In this document: piece by piece, positions 6,585 through 15,910 of the stretch
Position numbering within the stretch: the first letter of the stretch is position 1
How the letters are laid out: each line of letters opens with the position of its first letter
Virus record (IMG/VR): IMGVR_UViG_3300017548_000192
Span: 1-26,309 of that record
Reading direction: 5' to 3' (one strand)
Source: a virus
Lineage: Duplodnaviria > Caudoviricetes
Length of the DNA stretch: 26,309 nt
Notes under the pieces: model-generated
Databases searched by the model: none
Told to the model about the DNA's origin: nothing
The model's input: only the letters and a program-made list of their open reading frames with translations
Position numbers and translations under genes: made by a program

Positions 6585-8642
6585 TCAGGAGACGGTGATC
6601 GCTCCGGTGGCCACCGGGCCGCTCTCGACCCCGGACCCGTTGATCGCCACGACCCAGCCGTAGAACGTGCCGGCCGATAGCCCTGGCACCGTGGCGCTGT
6701 CGGAGGCATTCGGTGCGCCGTATTCCGTCGCAACGAGATCGGCATCGCCGAAGCTAGCCGTGGTGCCGAGATAGATCCTCGCGCCGCGGTAATTCGCGCT
6801 GTTGGGCGCCGTCCAGGTAAAGTTGGCCTGCCCGGTTCCACCCGAAGCCCCAACGCCGGTTGGCGCGTAGGGTGGGACGGGGTCGGCGACGGCCGTAAGG
6901 ATAATGGCGTCGGTCCAATCCGAAGGCGTGAGCGCGCTCCAGGTGCGCGCCCTGAACCGGTATTCCTTGCCATCGGCCAGGTATCCGCTGCGCACCTGGG
7001 TTTCCCCCTTTCGGCCGCGCGCCGATTGTGCGCTTCCGCCGCTGGTCGGCTCCCATTCCAGTTCGTAAACGAAGCCGTCGCCAAGGTCGGAAAAGCTCGC
7101 CAGCGCATAAGCCGCGACGCTGCCTCCGCCGATTGCTTCCTGCTGGATCACGACATCGAAGCCGACGGGGTTCGGAACATCCGAGCCCACGACCTCGACC
7201 GGGATCGGCGGCGGTTCCCCCTCCTGGGTTTCTGCGTCGAATGGATAGATATCGCCCGGCAGGACGATGCCCGCGAACTCATAGGTCAGGTTGCGTAGCG
7301 ACAGCGTCGGCCGATCAATGATCTCGATCACCGCCTCGTCGAGCCGGGGCGGATAATGCACCTTGACGAAGCGCCGATACGGCACCTGCCGGGCGGCCTC
7401 GAAATGCGCCACCACGCGCACCCGCGGTGCGTTGGCCCGGATCATCGCCAGGGTTTGCAGCCGCTGGATATGGTTGTGCCGCTGCACGACCTGATTATCG
7501 ACAGTCTTGGTGCGCTCGTCCTCGGACGGGTACGGCGCTCCGACGATCGCAGCGTCTGTGGTGTTGAAGCCCCGCTCCGGATCGACATAGCGCCCGCGCA
7601 CCGCAAGCACGTTACTGGCCCTTCGCCGGTTCGGGTCATAGCTGATCGAGATAATGTCGGCCGCCGTCAGGCGAACATCGGGCTCGACGTATGTGCCGGG
7701 ATGCACCCCGACCGTCCCGTCCGGCCTCTCGTAGATCACGAGCTCGGCAGCCTGGTCCATCAGCCGGCCGACCTGCACCGGATCATTGTTGGCGCGGAAC
7801 CAGAAGCCACCGTGATAGCGCGGCTCGGGGTCGCCGTCGCGGTTGAGCACCGTCTCGTCGCAGACCTCCGCTGCGTTCGCCCAATCGGGATCGTACATGT
7901 CCTCGCGCGAGAGCTTGCCACCGACCGGATGGGTCAAGTGCCAGTAGCGGAAGACGGCAATGTTCTCGCTGTATCCCGGATCACCCGTGCGCGGATCGAT
8001 CAGGCGGTCGTGCCCCTCGCCTACGGCCTGGTGGCTCGGCATCATGTGCGGGAAGACCTTCATCAGATCTTCCTGCCCTACGGACTTGGCGCGCATATAA
8101 ACCGTGGCGAGACCGTCGCCGCGGTGGTCCGGTCCCCAGATGTCGGGAAAAGCGTCCACGATCCCCTGGTAGGCCGAACTCGCGTTCGCCCCCCTGCGGG
8201 TCTGAATTCTCACCTTGGCGTCGCCGCCCAGTACGAAGTGGTCCGGCGAGATCACCTTGCCATCCTCGTCGAGCGCGACCTTCTCGTCGTGCAGCCAGTG
8301 CTCGGTGAAGCCCTTGATATGGTGCGCCGCCCACACCGTGACGTGGTGGGCGGTTCCGGAACGCTCCTCGAGGAAGACGTAGTCGCCGCCCTTTTTCGTC
8401 CGTCCCAGCACATAGACCAGCGGCGGCACGGCCTGCTTGAGGTTGAACTTGCCGTCTTCCGGCTTGGGCACGCCCGGCGCGAAAGCCTGCCCGATCAGGT
8501 AGGCGGCCGAACCCAGCGCGAGATAGGCGAGCCCGGTCGAGATCGCGACCGCCGTGGCCAGGATCGTGCCTGACGAAATCCCGATCGCGCCCATGACGCT
8601 GATCACGTGCGGCAAAAGATAGGCCGCCAGCATTTCGGGCAT
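6585..8642 (-). CDS. Tail tip / host-specificity (gpJ-like) protein with C-terminal fibronectin type III domains
   Basis: 685 aa. Hydrophobic N-terminus, PPLVYVLGRTKKGG motif, two FN3-like repeats (YRFRARTW; FTWTAP...YGWVVAINGSG). GGAG RBS; position after the NlpC-like gene. Confidence 0.8.
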   Translation of the reverse strand: MPEMLAAYLLPHVISVMGAIGISSGTILATAVAISTGLAYLALGSAAYLIGQAFAPGVPKPEDGKFNLKQAVPPLVYVLGRTKKGGDYVFLEERSGTAHHVTVWAAHHIKGFTEHWLHDEKVALDEDGKVISPDHFVLGGDAKVRIQTRRGANASSAYQGIVDAFPDIWGPDHRGDGLATVYMRAKSVGQEDLMKVFPHMMPSHQAVGEGHDRLIDPRTGDPGYSENIAVFRYWHLTHPVGGKLSREDMYDPDWANAAEVCDETVLNRDGDPEPRYHGGFWFRANNDPVQVGRLMDQAAELVIYERPDGTVGVHPGTYVEPDVRLTAADIISISYDPNRRRASNVLAVRGRYVDPERGFNTTDAAIVGAPYPSEDERTKTVDNQVVQRHNHIQRLQTLAMIRANAPRVRVVAHFEAARQVPYRRFVKVHYPPRLDEAVIEIIDRPTLSLRNLTYEFAGIVLPGDIYPFDAETQEGEPPPIPVEVVGSDVPNPVGFDVVIQQEAIGGGSVAAYALASFSDLGDGFVYELEWEPTSGGSAQSARGRKGETQVRSGYLADGKEYRFRARTWSALTPSDWTDAIILTAVADPVPPYAPTGVGASGGTGQANFTWTAPNSANYRGARIYLGTTASFGDADLVATEYGAPNASDSATVPGLSAGTFYGWVVAINGSGVESGPVATGAITVS

Positions 8643-8651
8643 GGAGACCTC

Positions 8652-9182
8652 CTAGACCCGCCACATGGCCAGCGCCGGCGCCATGAACGGCACCCAGCGC
8701 GAACCCTTGCCGTCGCCCCACTTCACGGCCCACTTGAAGCCGTTCCAGATCGCCGACCATTGCCGCTCGGGGTTGCTGGCCGAGCCGACGACCGCGATGC
8801 AGCCGAACTCCGGCTCATGAATTGGGATCAGCCCAACGGCCGCAGCGCAGGCGCCGATATGCGACACAAGCCCGCCGCGCCGGGCGAGCAGCGCGCGGCA
8901 CTCGGCCTCGGTGCCATAGGTGCCGCGCCAGTCCGCGCCGGGATCGGCATAGCCGTTGAGCGCTACCCAATCGGCGACAACGAGCGAACAGTCCGCCTCG
9001 CCCCAGATATGCGGGCGGCCGTCGCTCTCGAAGATGAAGTCCTCAAATCGCGCCATGCGCTCGACCAAGCCGGGCTCACCGTGATGGCGCCGGATCGTGC
9101 GGGCGGCCCACATGGACATGATCGGCCGCTCTTCCGCGGCCTCGATCAGCGCGCGGGTGTCGTGTCTGGTCCAATTGCCCAT
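8652..9182 (-). CDS. Tail-associated NlpC/P60-like protein (DUF6950-like, lambda gpK position)
   Basis: RPHIWGEADCSLVVADWV and DPGADWRGTY motifs, located between the hub and tip genes. Confidence 0.75.
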   Translation of the reverse strand: MGNWTRHDTRALIEAAEERPIMSMWAARTIRRHHGEPGLVERMARFEDFIFESDGRPHIWGEADCSLVVADWVALNGYADPGADWRGTYGTEAECRALLARRGGLVSHIGACAAAVGLIPIHEPEFGCIAVVGSASNPERQWSAIWNGFKWAVKWGDGKGSRWVPFMAPALAMWRV

Positions 9183-9185
9183 GGG

Positions 9186-9341
9186 CTAGCCGCGACGCTC
9201 CAGCCGATCGGCCAGCGCAGCAAGCGCGAAACCGAGCCCGATTTGGAGCACCAGCATCCACATCGGAGCGCTGGACGAGCGCAGCATCACGGGCACCAGG
9301 ACCGCGCAGAACACGGCCCAGTGAAGGGCATAACCGGTCAT
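9186..9341 (-). CDS. Small two-TM membrane protein (51 aa)
   Basis: AGGGA RBS and ATG at 9341. MTGYALHWAVFCAVLVPVML...MWMLVLQIGLGFALAALADRLERRG fills the gap between flanking genes almost exactly. Confidence 0.6.
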   Translation of the reverse strand: MTGYALHWAVFCAVLVPVMLRSSSAPMWMLVLQIGLGFALAALADRLERRG

Positions 9342-9351
9342 ATGATTGTCC

Positions 9352-9921
9352 CTAGGTGTAGCGGGGCCAGACGATGTGATGGTCGGCGAGCTTGTTGACC
9401 CGCTCGGCGAAGCGGTCGGGATCAGCGCCCGGATTGAGCGCCTCTGACCGGGCCTTCTGATCGATGTCCGAGAGCACCGCGCCGGAGACCAGCGTGCGCA
9501 GGTCGAAGCGATTGGTGATCTCCAGCGTAATAGTCGAGACCACCTGGTCTTCGACGACGCTGTCATCCATCGGCATATTGTCGATGGTGCCGGTGAACTT
9601 CACCTCGGCCGGGCCGACTGGCTGATCCCATGCGTCGCAGGGCTGGATCAGGATTTGCACCTTCGACCCGATGACGTTGCCGGCCTCTAGATCCTCGAAC
9701 GCCATATCAGCTGCGAGCGTTGAAACGCCCGAGATCGAGAGGGTCAGCGTGACCGCCTCGCCGTTAAGCGCGCTCTCGATCTGGTCGAGGCCGTCATTGA
9801 TCATAGCACCGGACCAAATCTCGCCGTCCGCGTCGAGGTAAGGCCCTGCCCCGTCCCACAGCCGGATCGTCCGGTCGGGGAAGAAGAACCGGGCCATGAT
9901 GCGCAGGGATTTTATCGCCAT
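9352..9921 (-). CDS. Minor tail / baseplate hub protein (gpL position)
   Basis: 189 aa with TIRLWDGAG...IESALNGEA...KFTGTID...WP pattern; TGATG coupling to the upstream gene. Confidence 0.7.
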   Translation of the reverse strand: MAIKSLRIMARFFFPDRTIRLWDGAGPYLDADGEIWSGAMINDGLDQIESALNGEAVTLTLSISGVSTLAADMAFEDLEAGNVIGSKVQILIQPCDAWDQPVGPAEVKFTGTIDNMPMDDSVVEDQVVSTITLEITNRFDLRTLVSGAVLSDIDQKARSEALNPGADPDRFAERVNKLADHHIVWPRYT

Positions 9922-10637
9922 CAGAGGAGCCCCAGAGCTAAGTCGTTCCAGTAATCGACGGCTTCGACGAAACGCACGCTCGGGCGCGGCGTGCGGGTCA
10001 GTCCCATGTCGATGTCCATTTCTCCATCAGAAGCGAGATGGCAAAGCACGGTCGGGAACTCGGTTTCCAGTGGAGCACCCGCGGGAATGGGGGCTCGTAT
10101 GGCTGGAAAAACCTCGACCTGGAACCGCCCACCTGAGAGCTCGGCAAGCACACGGCCCGTTTGATACATCCCGTGCCGATACGAGAACCTGATCCCCGTC
10201 GGCGTGGGAAGGTCCAACAGGCGCAGCGTCACGACCGTTTGGCCGATCTGCGCCGCGCTGCTCATCACCAAGTCGATCGAGTTTTGCCGGTAGAGCGATC
10301 CGTCGCTGTGTGGCGTTCCGTCGCCATGCGGCACCATCACGCCGAACCGCGAGACGCCCAACCCTGCCCAGAGAGCGGTCGAGCAAACCGGTACGGCGAT
10401 CAGCCCGGTCATTCCAGCGAGCGCAACCGACAGCGCATTCCACGTCCGCTGCTGGTCGAAGTCGCTCCTGCGGAAAACGATGTTGTTGTAGCTCCCGGAC
10501 CAATAGCCGCGATCCGTGCGGACAGACCTGCTCACGCCTCCCAGCGTTCGGCCACCGGAACGACTGAACGGGCGAAGGTCGAACGGGCTGGACTGCGGCG
10601 TCAGGGTGCGCGCTGGCCAGGTGATGATTTCATCCAA
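9921..10637 (-). CDS. Distal tail (Dit-like) protein
   Basis: Directly follows the tape measure gene. AGGAG RBS with TTG start; ITWP...SRSGGRTLGG...FVEA pattern. Confidence 0.7.
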   Translation of the reverse strand: MDEIITWPARTLTPQSSPFDLRPFSRSGGRTLGGVSRSVRTDRGYWSGSYNNIVFRRSDFDQQRTWNALSVALAGMTGLIAVPVCSTALWAGLGVSRFGVMVPHGDGTPHSDGSLYRQNSIDLVMSSAAQIGQTVVTLRLLDLPTPTGIRFSYRHGMYQTGRVLAELSGGRFQVEVFPAIRAPIPAGAPLETEFPTVLCHLASDGEMDIDMGLTRTPRPSVRFVEAVDYWNDLALGLL

Positions 10638-10648
10638 GGCGCTGTCTC

Positions 10649-13648
10649 CTAAACGCGGTACTCGCCGCCGCGCTGGCGCTGGTACTGTCCAATTGCCGCT
10701 GGGGCCGCCTTGTTCGCCCGACTAACCGAGGCCCCAACGATCGTCGGAGCAGAACGAGCAACCACGTGACCCGCCCCGTTTTCGACATAGGCCGAGAACT
10801 TCTCGTCATCCGACACAACGCGGACCGTGAGTTGCTGTTGCTGCGTCGCCGCACTAGCGACACTCGGCACGCGGATGTCCACCGGCACCCGCCCCCCGTT
10901 CGGCAGCGGGATCACCGCCTCCTGGCCGTGAACAATCCCGCGCGGCTCGCCACGACGGCCGCCGGTGTTAGCGGTGCCGGAGGCATGGCCCGGCAAGTTG
11001 AGCATCTGGCCGAGGAGTCCGAAATTACCGTTTCCTGTCCCGAAAAAGGCACCGAGCCCAAGATTGATCAGGTAGTTGCCGATGTTGGACAATGCGTTCG
11101 CCAGCGCGTCAGCCGCCGACTTGCCGTCGATCAGGTCCTGAATGAACGATTGCGTGGCGCTTTTGGCTAGGTCGAACCATTGCTGCATCGACTCGCGGGC
11201 GGCGTCTTGGGCCTCCTGAACGGCGTTTATCGCCTCGGTGCCAGACTGCCACGCCGCGACAATCTCCTGGATGCCCGCAATGACGGCTGGATCGTCAGCC
11301 AGCCCAGCCTTGCGCGCATCGTTGAGAAGCTCCTGCTCCATCCGCCACGCTTCGAGCGTGGTCTCGTAGTTCGCGGCAAGCGGGTTAAGCTGCGCCATGA
11401 GCGCGGCCTCTTGCTGCAACAGCGCAACGGACTGTCGCTCCTGCTCCAGCCGCTCGCGGAACTGCTCGGCGTCGGATTTGCCGCCGCCAGAGCGCTTATT
11501 GGCTTCGGCCCACGCCAGCCGTTGCTGCGCAAGCTCCATGGCGCGGGCGTCGGTAATGTCGGCGCCGGCATCGGCCGCTTCGCGCCGGACCGCAGCGATT
11601 TCCTGCTCAAGGTCTCGTTGCTCGCGCGTCAGCCCAAGGAGGCGATTCTGCTCGGTCATGAACTCGAGCGTGTCTTGGCCCCGCTCGCCTCTCGCGGTGA
11701 GCCAATCGACGTAACTGTTGGCGCGGGCTTGTCCCGCCTCGCGGGCGGAAACGCGGTCTATCGCTGCGGCTGCGGTGTCTGCGGCGTTTGCTACGTCATG
11801 GAACCCAACCACAAGGTCATTGAGTGCCGGGAGAAACCTCCTGAGATCAGGATTTACCTGGGCCAGGCGAAAAATTGCCTGGAACACCTCCTCAGCGGAT
11901 TCCTTGGTGCCATCGAACCCATCCGAGATGTCACGGAGCTCGCCCTGCAATTCCTCAGAGAAACCGTAGCTACCGCCAAGCGTGTTTAGGCCGTCGAGGA
12001 ACAATTCAATCGACGCGCGTGCATCATCAACGGCAACCCCGGTGACGGCGACCTTCGACTCCATGGCGCCCCAACGTCGAGCAACCTCATCCAGAGCGAC
12101 TGCTAGGTCAGCCACTGGCTGTGAAACGTCTGTCTCCCGAATTGCGAGCATCGCCGCCCGAACGGCTTCCGCCTCCACGCGCCCCTCTGAAAGGGCACGC
12201 GCCATCTCACGGATGGACTGGTACGCACTCTGGTCAATGTCACTGGAAAGCGCGTTGCGAATGTCGTTCGCGCGGTCCGCAATCGCTTCGAGATTGTCGA
12301 GGTCAATATTCGCGGTGATGGGGCGGTTTACTGACTCCCAGAAGCCTCCATTGCGGAGATATCCGAGATTCTCCTGCGCCTGACGCCCCTCTCGCCTGGC
12401 CTCCGCCGCAGTTAATCTGTCCGTGGCCTCGGCAGCGGCATCAATGCCCTCGGCAGCCGAGTGTCCGGCCAGCCCGAGAGACTCCATCTCGTCGGTGATG
12501 CGCTCGATGGAACTGCGAACACGCGCATTCTCGGCCACCATATGCTGGAGCCCGAGCAAAACCCCACCACCGATGATCGCGGCAAGCGGCCCCGCGGCCG
12601 CGCCCAGAGCCCCGAACGCCGCGGCAGTCGAACCCGTCGCGGAGGCCGCGCCAGTCAGCAGCCGCACAAAGCCGACGATCCCCTTGCCGGCCACGCCAAG
12701 CGAGGCAACCATGGGCACGATGGACCGGCCGACAAGCGCGCCAGCAATGATTGCGGCGAGCTTTAAGCCGACATCAGCGAAAGCATCGAAATTGTCCGCG
12801 AGCGCATTCAGTCCAGCATTCAGCGCCGCAGTGGCGCCAAGACTCTGATCGGCCGATCCGATATACTGCACCAACGCATTCTGAACCCGCGTAATGCTGT
12901 CCTGAATGGTGGCGTTCGTCGTGGCAAAGGCCGCATCGACCTTATCACCCGCCGCAAGGATCGCGGCAAAGATGCGCTCGCTCGTCAGTTCGCCTTGCGC
13001 GCCCAGCTCCTTCAAGCCACCAATCGTCGTCCCGAAGTAATCGGCAATAGCCTCCGCGAGCAACGGCGCGTTCTCGCGCACCGAACGCAGTTCATCGCCC
13101 TGCAACATGCCCGACGAAAGGCCCTGCGAGAGTTGCAACACACCAGCGGCCATTTCTGAAGCCGAGGCACCGCCCGCCTTGAAGGCGCGGTTCACGATCT
13201 CCGTGGCACGCGCGATTTCAAGCTCAGATTCAGCGACGTCTCCGGCACTGCGAAGCATCCGCGTATACAGATCAATCGTCGCAGAGAACTCAGCGCGGGA
13301 ATCGTCCGCGATCTGCCGGATGCCCTCCAAGCTACGGCCAGCCATGCCGACGACGGAGCCCGCTGCGGCAACCTTGTTGCCGGCTTCGGTCCACGCGTCG
13401 GCGTATTGCATGACCTCGCGCGTCGCCAGCACGCCGCCGATCCCGGCGAGCGGACCGGTGAGGTTCCGCATCATGTTGCGACCAACGTTCGCGAAGGTCC
13501 GGTCGATCTGCTGGCCCATACGGCCAAACTGACGATTGACCTTGGCGCTTAGGCCGGTGACCTCGGATTCTACCTTGGTCCACGCCTTGCGCATGGCAGC
13601 CGTATCTGCCGCGACCTGAATGATCAGGTCGTCGTTCTTGTCAACCAT
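10649..13648 (-). CDS. Tail tape measure protein
   Basis: 999 aa, Ala-rich and helical. Tape-measure N-terminal motif QLSQGLSSGMLQGDELRSVRENAP, central hydrophobic segments, C-terminal GIVHGQEAVIP. Confidence 0.93.
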   Translation of the reverse strand: MVDKNDDLIIQVAADTAAMRKAWTKVESEVTGLSAKVNRQFGRMGQQIDRTFANVGRNMMRNLTGPLAGIGGVLATREVMQYADAWTEAGNKVAAAGSVVGMAGRSLEGIRQIADDSRAEFSATIDLYTRMLRSAGDVAESELEIARATEIVNRAFKAGGASASEMAAGVLQLSQGLSSGMLQGDELRSVRENAPLLAEAIADYFGTTIGGLKELGAQGELTSERIFAAILAAGDKVDAAFATTNATIQDSITRVQNALVQYIGSADQSLGATAALNAGLNALADNFDAFADVGLKLAAIIAGALVGRSIVPMVASLGVAGKGIVGFVRLLTGAASATGSTAAAFGALGAAAGPLAAIIGGGVLLGLQHMVAENARVRSSIERITDEMESLGLAGHSAAEGIDAAAEATDRLTAAEARREGRQAQENLGYLRNGGFWESVNRPITANIDLDNLEAIADRANDIRNALSSDIDQSAYQSIREMARALSEGRVEAEAVRAAMLAIRETDVSQPVADLAVALDEVARRWGAMESKVAVTGVAVDDARASIELFLDGLNTLGGSYGFSEELQGELRDISDGFDGTKESAEEVFQAIFRLAQVNPDLRRFLPALNDLVVGFHDVANAADTAAAAIDRVSAREAGQARANSYVDWLTARGERGQDTLEFMTEQNRLLGLTREQRDLEQEIAAVRREAADAGADITDARAMELAQQRLAWAEANKRSGGGKSDAEQFRERLEQERQSVALLQQEAALMAQLNPLAANYETTLEAWRMEQELLNDARKAGLADDPAVIAGIQEIVAAWQSGTEAINAVQEAQDAARESMQQWFDLAKSATQSFIQDLIDGKSAADALANALSNIGNYLINLGLGAFFGTGNGNFGLLGQMLNLPGHASGTANTGGRRGEPRGIVHGQEAVIPLPNGGRVPVDIRVPSVASAATQQQQLTVRVVSDDEKFSAYVENGAGHVVARSAPTIVGASVSRANKAAPAAIGQYQRQRGGEYRV

Positions 13649-13667
13649 GAGCGAGGAGCCTTAGATA
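13638..13667 (+). promoter_or_regulatory. Candidate sigma70 promoter for the antisense moron, overlapping the tape measure start codon
   Basis: TTGTCA (13638-13643), 18-nt spacer, TAGATA (13662-13667). Confidence 0.3.
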
Positions 13668-13669
13668 CC

Positions 13670-13691
13670 AAAAAGCCCGCGCGTGGCGGGC
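13670..13691 (-). terminator. Intrinsic terminator-like hairpin upstream of the tape measure gene
   Basis: Minus strand reads GCCCGC-CACGC-GCGGGC-TTTTT. Confidence 0.6.
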
Positions 13692-13703
13692 AAGGGAGGC
13701 GAA

Positions 13704-13970
13704 ATGGCCGGACTGTTTATGCTGATTGGCGTATTGGGTATCGTCGTAAGCGTATTGGTTGGATTTGCTTACGGATCGAGCGGCAGCACGTACGGGGCAG
13801 CTGCTGCGCTCACCTACGCTCTCGCAGGCATCCTGAGCAGCTTGATATTCCTAGCCATTGGCGGGGTGCTGTCGCGCCTCGACGCAATCGTGAAGAACAC
13901 AACCCCACAGCAAGAGACGCGCCAGCCCGCTGGTGCGGCCTCGCCTTTCAAGTGGCAGGCGCGCGACTAG
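13704..13970 (+). CDS. Antisense moron: small two-TM membrane protein (88 aa)
   Basis: GGAGG RBS before ATG at 13704, two hydrophobic helices, opposite strand to the operon, between the tail chaperone and tape measure genes. Confidence 0.8.
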   Translation: MAGLFMLIGVLGIVVSVLVGFAYGSSGSTYGAAAALTYALAGILSSLIFLAIGGVLSRLDAIVKNTTPQQETRQPAGAASPFKWQARD

Positions 13971-13975
13971 CGCGC

Positions 13976-14197
13976 CTAACCATACTTCTTCACCAGATCG
14001 TCAAGCGCCGCATCACTTGGGGCCGCGTCAGCCTTCTTGCCGCCATTCGCTTCGTTGAAGCCCTCTATGGCTTCGATGAATTCCGTCAAAGTCGACCCCC
14101 AAAACACCTCAGGAGTCCAATGCAGCGCGCCGAACGCAGCTCGCATCCATTGCCGCCATGGGAGCGCGTCGTCTACTTCTCCCCGGCGGCTTCGTCG
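13976..14197 (-). CDS. Tail assembly chaperone extension (gpT-like, -1 frameshift frame)
   Basis: Manual translation of the -1 frame: RRSRRGEVDDALPWRQWMRAAFGALHWTPEVFWGSTLTEFIEAIEG...LVKKYG*. LxWTPxxFWxxT is typical of the GT part of tail chaperones. Absent from the ORF track. Confidence 0.85.
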   Translation of the reverse strand, partial: RRSRRGEVDDALPWRQWMRAAFGALHWTPEVFWGSTLTEFIEAIEGFNEANGGKKADAAPSDAALDDLVKKYG

Positions 14198-14505
14198 TTT
14201 CCCTCATCACCATCGAAATGATGCGCGAGTGCTTGAGACAGCGCACCGGCGACGGCCGTGAAATGCCCCAGCTTGAGAGCGCCTAGTGCCGCCTTCGCGT
14301 CTCCGCGAATGGTCAGCAACTCGATGGCAGCCATGGCCGCATTGACTTCGACATTCGCGAGGCGCTGGAACAGGTCCGACATGGACGCGCAGCCGAGCCG
14401 CGTCGAGAGCGCGGCCAAGCCCTGCATGGTGGCGGCAATGACAATGTCATGGCCGCCGATGCTCAACGGGACTTCACCACGCTCGCCGTTCACCGGCAGC
14501 GACAT
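14173..14505 (-). CDS. Tail assembly chaperone (gpG; GTA-gp10-like)
   Basis: VNGERGEVPLSIGG...TMQGLAAL motif, follows the tail tube gene, ends with a slippery heptamer. Confidence 0.85.
   Translation of the reverse strand: MSLPVNGERGEVPLSIGGHDIVIAATMQGLAALSTRLGCASMSDLFQRLANVEVNAAMAAIELLTIRGDAKAALGALKLGHFTAVAGALSQALAHHFDGDEGNDEAAGEK
14197..14203 (-). other. -1 programmed ribosomal frameshift site G GGA AAC
   Basis: X XXY YYZ heptamer in the correct phase (GAG GGA AAC), 7 sense codons before the gpG stop. The -1 frame is open to 13976. Confidence 0.88.
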
Positions 14506-14936
14506 TAGCTACCACCTTCCGCCACAAACGACGGCGGCGTGGCGGCTTCGAACGTGGCGCTGAAGTCCATGTTGCCTTCCATTTCGCCGCTGAACTCGAA
14601 CTCTGTCACGAACCAGGACGCCGTATAGGTGCCGTCGCCGGGAACGATGACCTTGGCGTTGAACGTAGTCCCACCGCGCACATGCCCCAGAAGCAACTGA
14701 GCGTTGGCGCCCGACACAAACTTGCCGGAACCGGAGAACGTACGGTTCTGAATGCCCGGCTCGCCGGTCTTGATGACCGGCCCGCCAGGATCCTCGCAGT
14801 CCGGGATGGTCGTGTCGATCGAATTGGCCGACATGTTGAAGCTGCGGGTGGTGATGCCGCAGATATTCGTAAAAACTTCGGGTTCAGCGCCGTCGCCGAT
14901 CTGGATGAGCAGCGTGCGGCCTTTCTGCTGAGGCAT
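14505..14936 (-). CDS. Major tail tube protein (TP901-1/Phage_tail_2-like, 143 aa)
   Basis: GGAG RBS before ATG at 14936; QKGRTLLIQIGDG.EPEVF...GITTRSF...IDTT...FSGSG motif. Confidence 0.88.
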   Translation of the reverse strand: MPQQKGRTLLIQIGDGAEPEVFTNICGITTRSFNMSANSIDTTIPDCEDPGGPVIKTGEPGIQNRTFSGSGKFVSGANAQLLLGHVRGGTTFNAKVIVPGDGTYTASWFVTEFEFSGEMEGNMDFSATFEAATPPSFVAEGGS

Positions 14937-14951
14937 GATAGTCTCCATATG

Positions 14952-14974
14952 AAAAAGCCCGCACGCTGGCGGGC
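14952..14974 (-). terminator. Intrinsic terminator-like hairpin upstream of the tail tube RBS
   Basis: Minus strand reads GCCCGC-CAGCGT-GCGGGC-TTTTT. Confidence 0.6.
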
Positions 14975-15001
14975 CGAATAGGTGGGGATGTTGGGATGGG
15001 T

Positions 15002-15445
15002 CTAACGCCGCTCGACGCTCGCCCAGAACCGGACGACGCCGTGGTTCGTGAGGCCGTCTGCATCGCGGAATATTTCTGTCGAACGATGCTCGATATTGAC
15101 CAAGCGATTGTCGGTCAGCGTGAGCGACATATCGTGGAGCGCAGTCGCGACCACGTTGGCTATTCTGCGCGCAAGCACGGAGGAGCCAGCAGTACCGGAG
15201 CCCCATGACCAAACATCGAAGTCAAAATAGACCTCTTGCGACCCGATGCACGTTGCGTCGTCTCTCTCGACCGTAGACATGCCGAGCGAAAGATACGGCG
15301 ATGTTATCGCGCTGCTCTGCGGCGGCGGGTCGTAGACGGTTGTGATGCCGAGCTCTGCCAACTGGCTGGTGGTGCGCAGCCTGTCTATACAGGCCCGGAT
15401 AACCTCGTAGCTCGGGTCGTCCACAAACATTGCCGGATCGCTCAT
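15002..15445 (-). CDS. Tail terminator / completion protein (DUF3168-like)
   Basis: ATG at 15445 overlaps the upstream stop (ATGA); VYDPPP...PYLSLG...DVWS...RDADGLTNHGVVRF pattern. Confidence 0.85.
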   Translation of the reverse strand: MSDPAMFVDDPSYEVIRACIDRLRTTSQLAELGITTVYDPPPQSSAITSPYLSLGMSTVERDDATCIGSQEVYFDFDVWSWGSGTAGSSVLARRIANVVATALHDMSLTLTDNRLVNIEHRSTEIFRDADGLTNHGVVRFWASVERR

Positions 15446-15909
15446 TTGACCCTCCGGCCCGCATTCGATTTTTTGACTGCCTTGTTGAGCCCTTGCCGGA
15501 CCTTCTTCTTGACGTTGTTCCGATTGGCGCGCCACGTTGGGAAGACATGAGGCTTGGCCTGCGAGCCCGGATGCTCACTGCCGGCAAACATGCCGCCGTT
15601 TACGTGCGGCGCGGTGCCGAACTCAATTAGCCGCCAGTACCACTTGCCGAAGATACCGACGGCTTCTTCGTCCTTGGACTTGCGATAACCTGGGCGCTTA
15701 CGCGCCTGCGGGTTGTCCTTGACCAGCCCAGATTCCAGGCTGTCGTAATACTCTCCGGTATCGTAGGGCGCACGAGCGGCGATCTTCGAGGCTACCTCAG
15801 CCATACTTAGTTCCTTGGCCTCGGTCATCTCCTTCTCGGCATCTGGCACGAAGATCTTGAGGCGGCGCATAAGTTTTTCGCGGCCCAGAACCTTGGCTCG
15901 GACTGCCAT
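15442..15909 (-). CDS. HK97 gp10-like tail component
   Basis: APYDTGEY, YWRLIEFGT and QAKPHVFP motifs; ATG at 15909. Confidence 0.85.
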   Translation of the reverse strand: MAVRAKVLGREKLMRRLKIFVPDAEKEMTEAKELSMAEVASKIAARAPYDTGEYYDSLESGLVKDNPQARKRPGYRKSKDEEAVGIFGKWYWRLIEFGTAPHVNGGMFAGSEHPGSQAKPHVFPTWRANRNNVKKKVRQGLNKAVKKSNAGRRVK

Positions 15910-15910
15910 T

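Noticed and set aside
3547-8573. Long plus-strand ORFs (3547..4662, 4903..6663, 7356..8573)
   Set aside because: These are antisense shadows of high-GC minus-strand genes, with Arg/Gly-rich low-information translations and no motifs.
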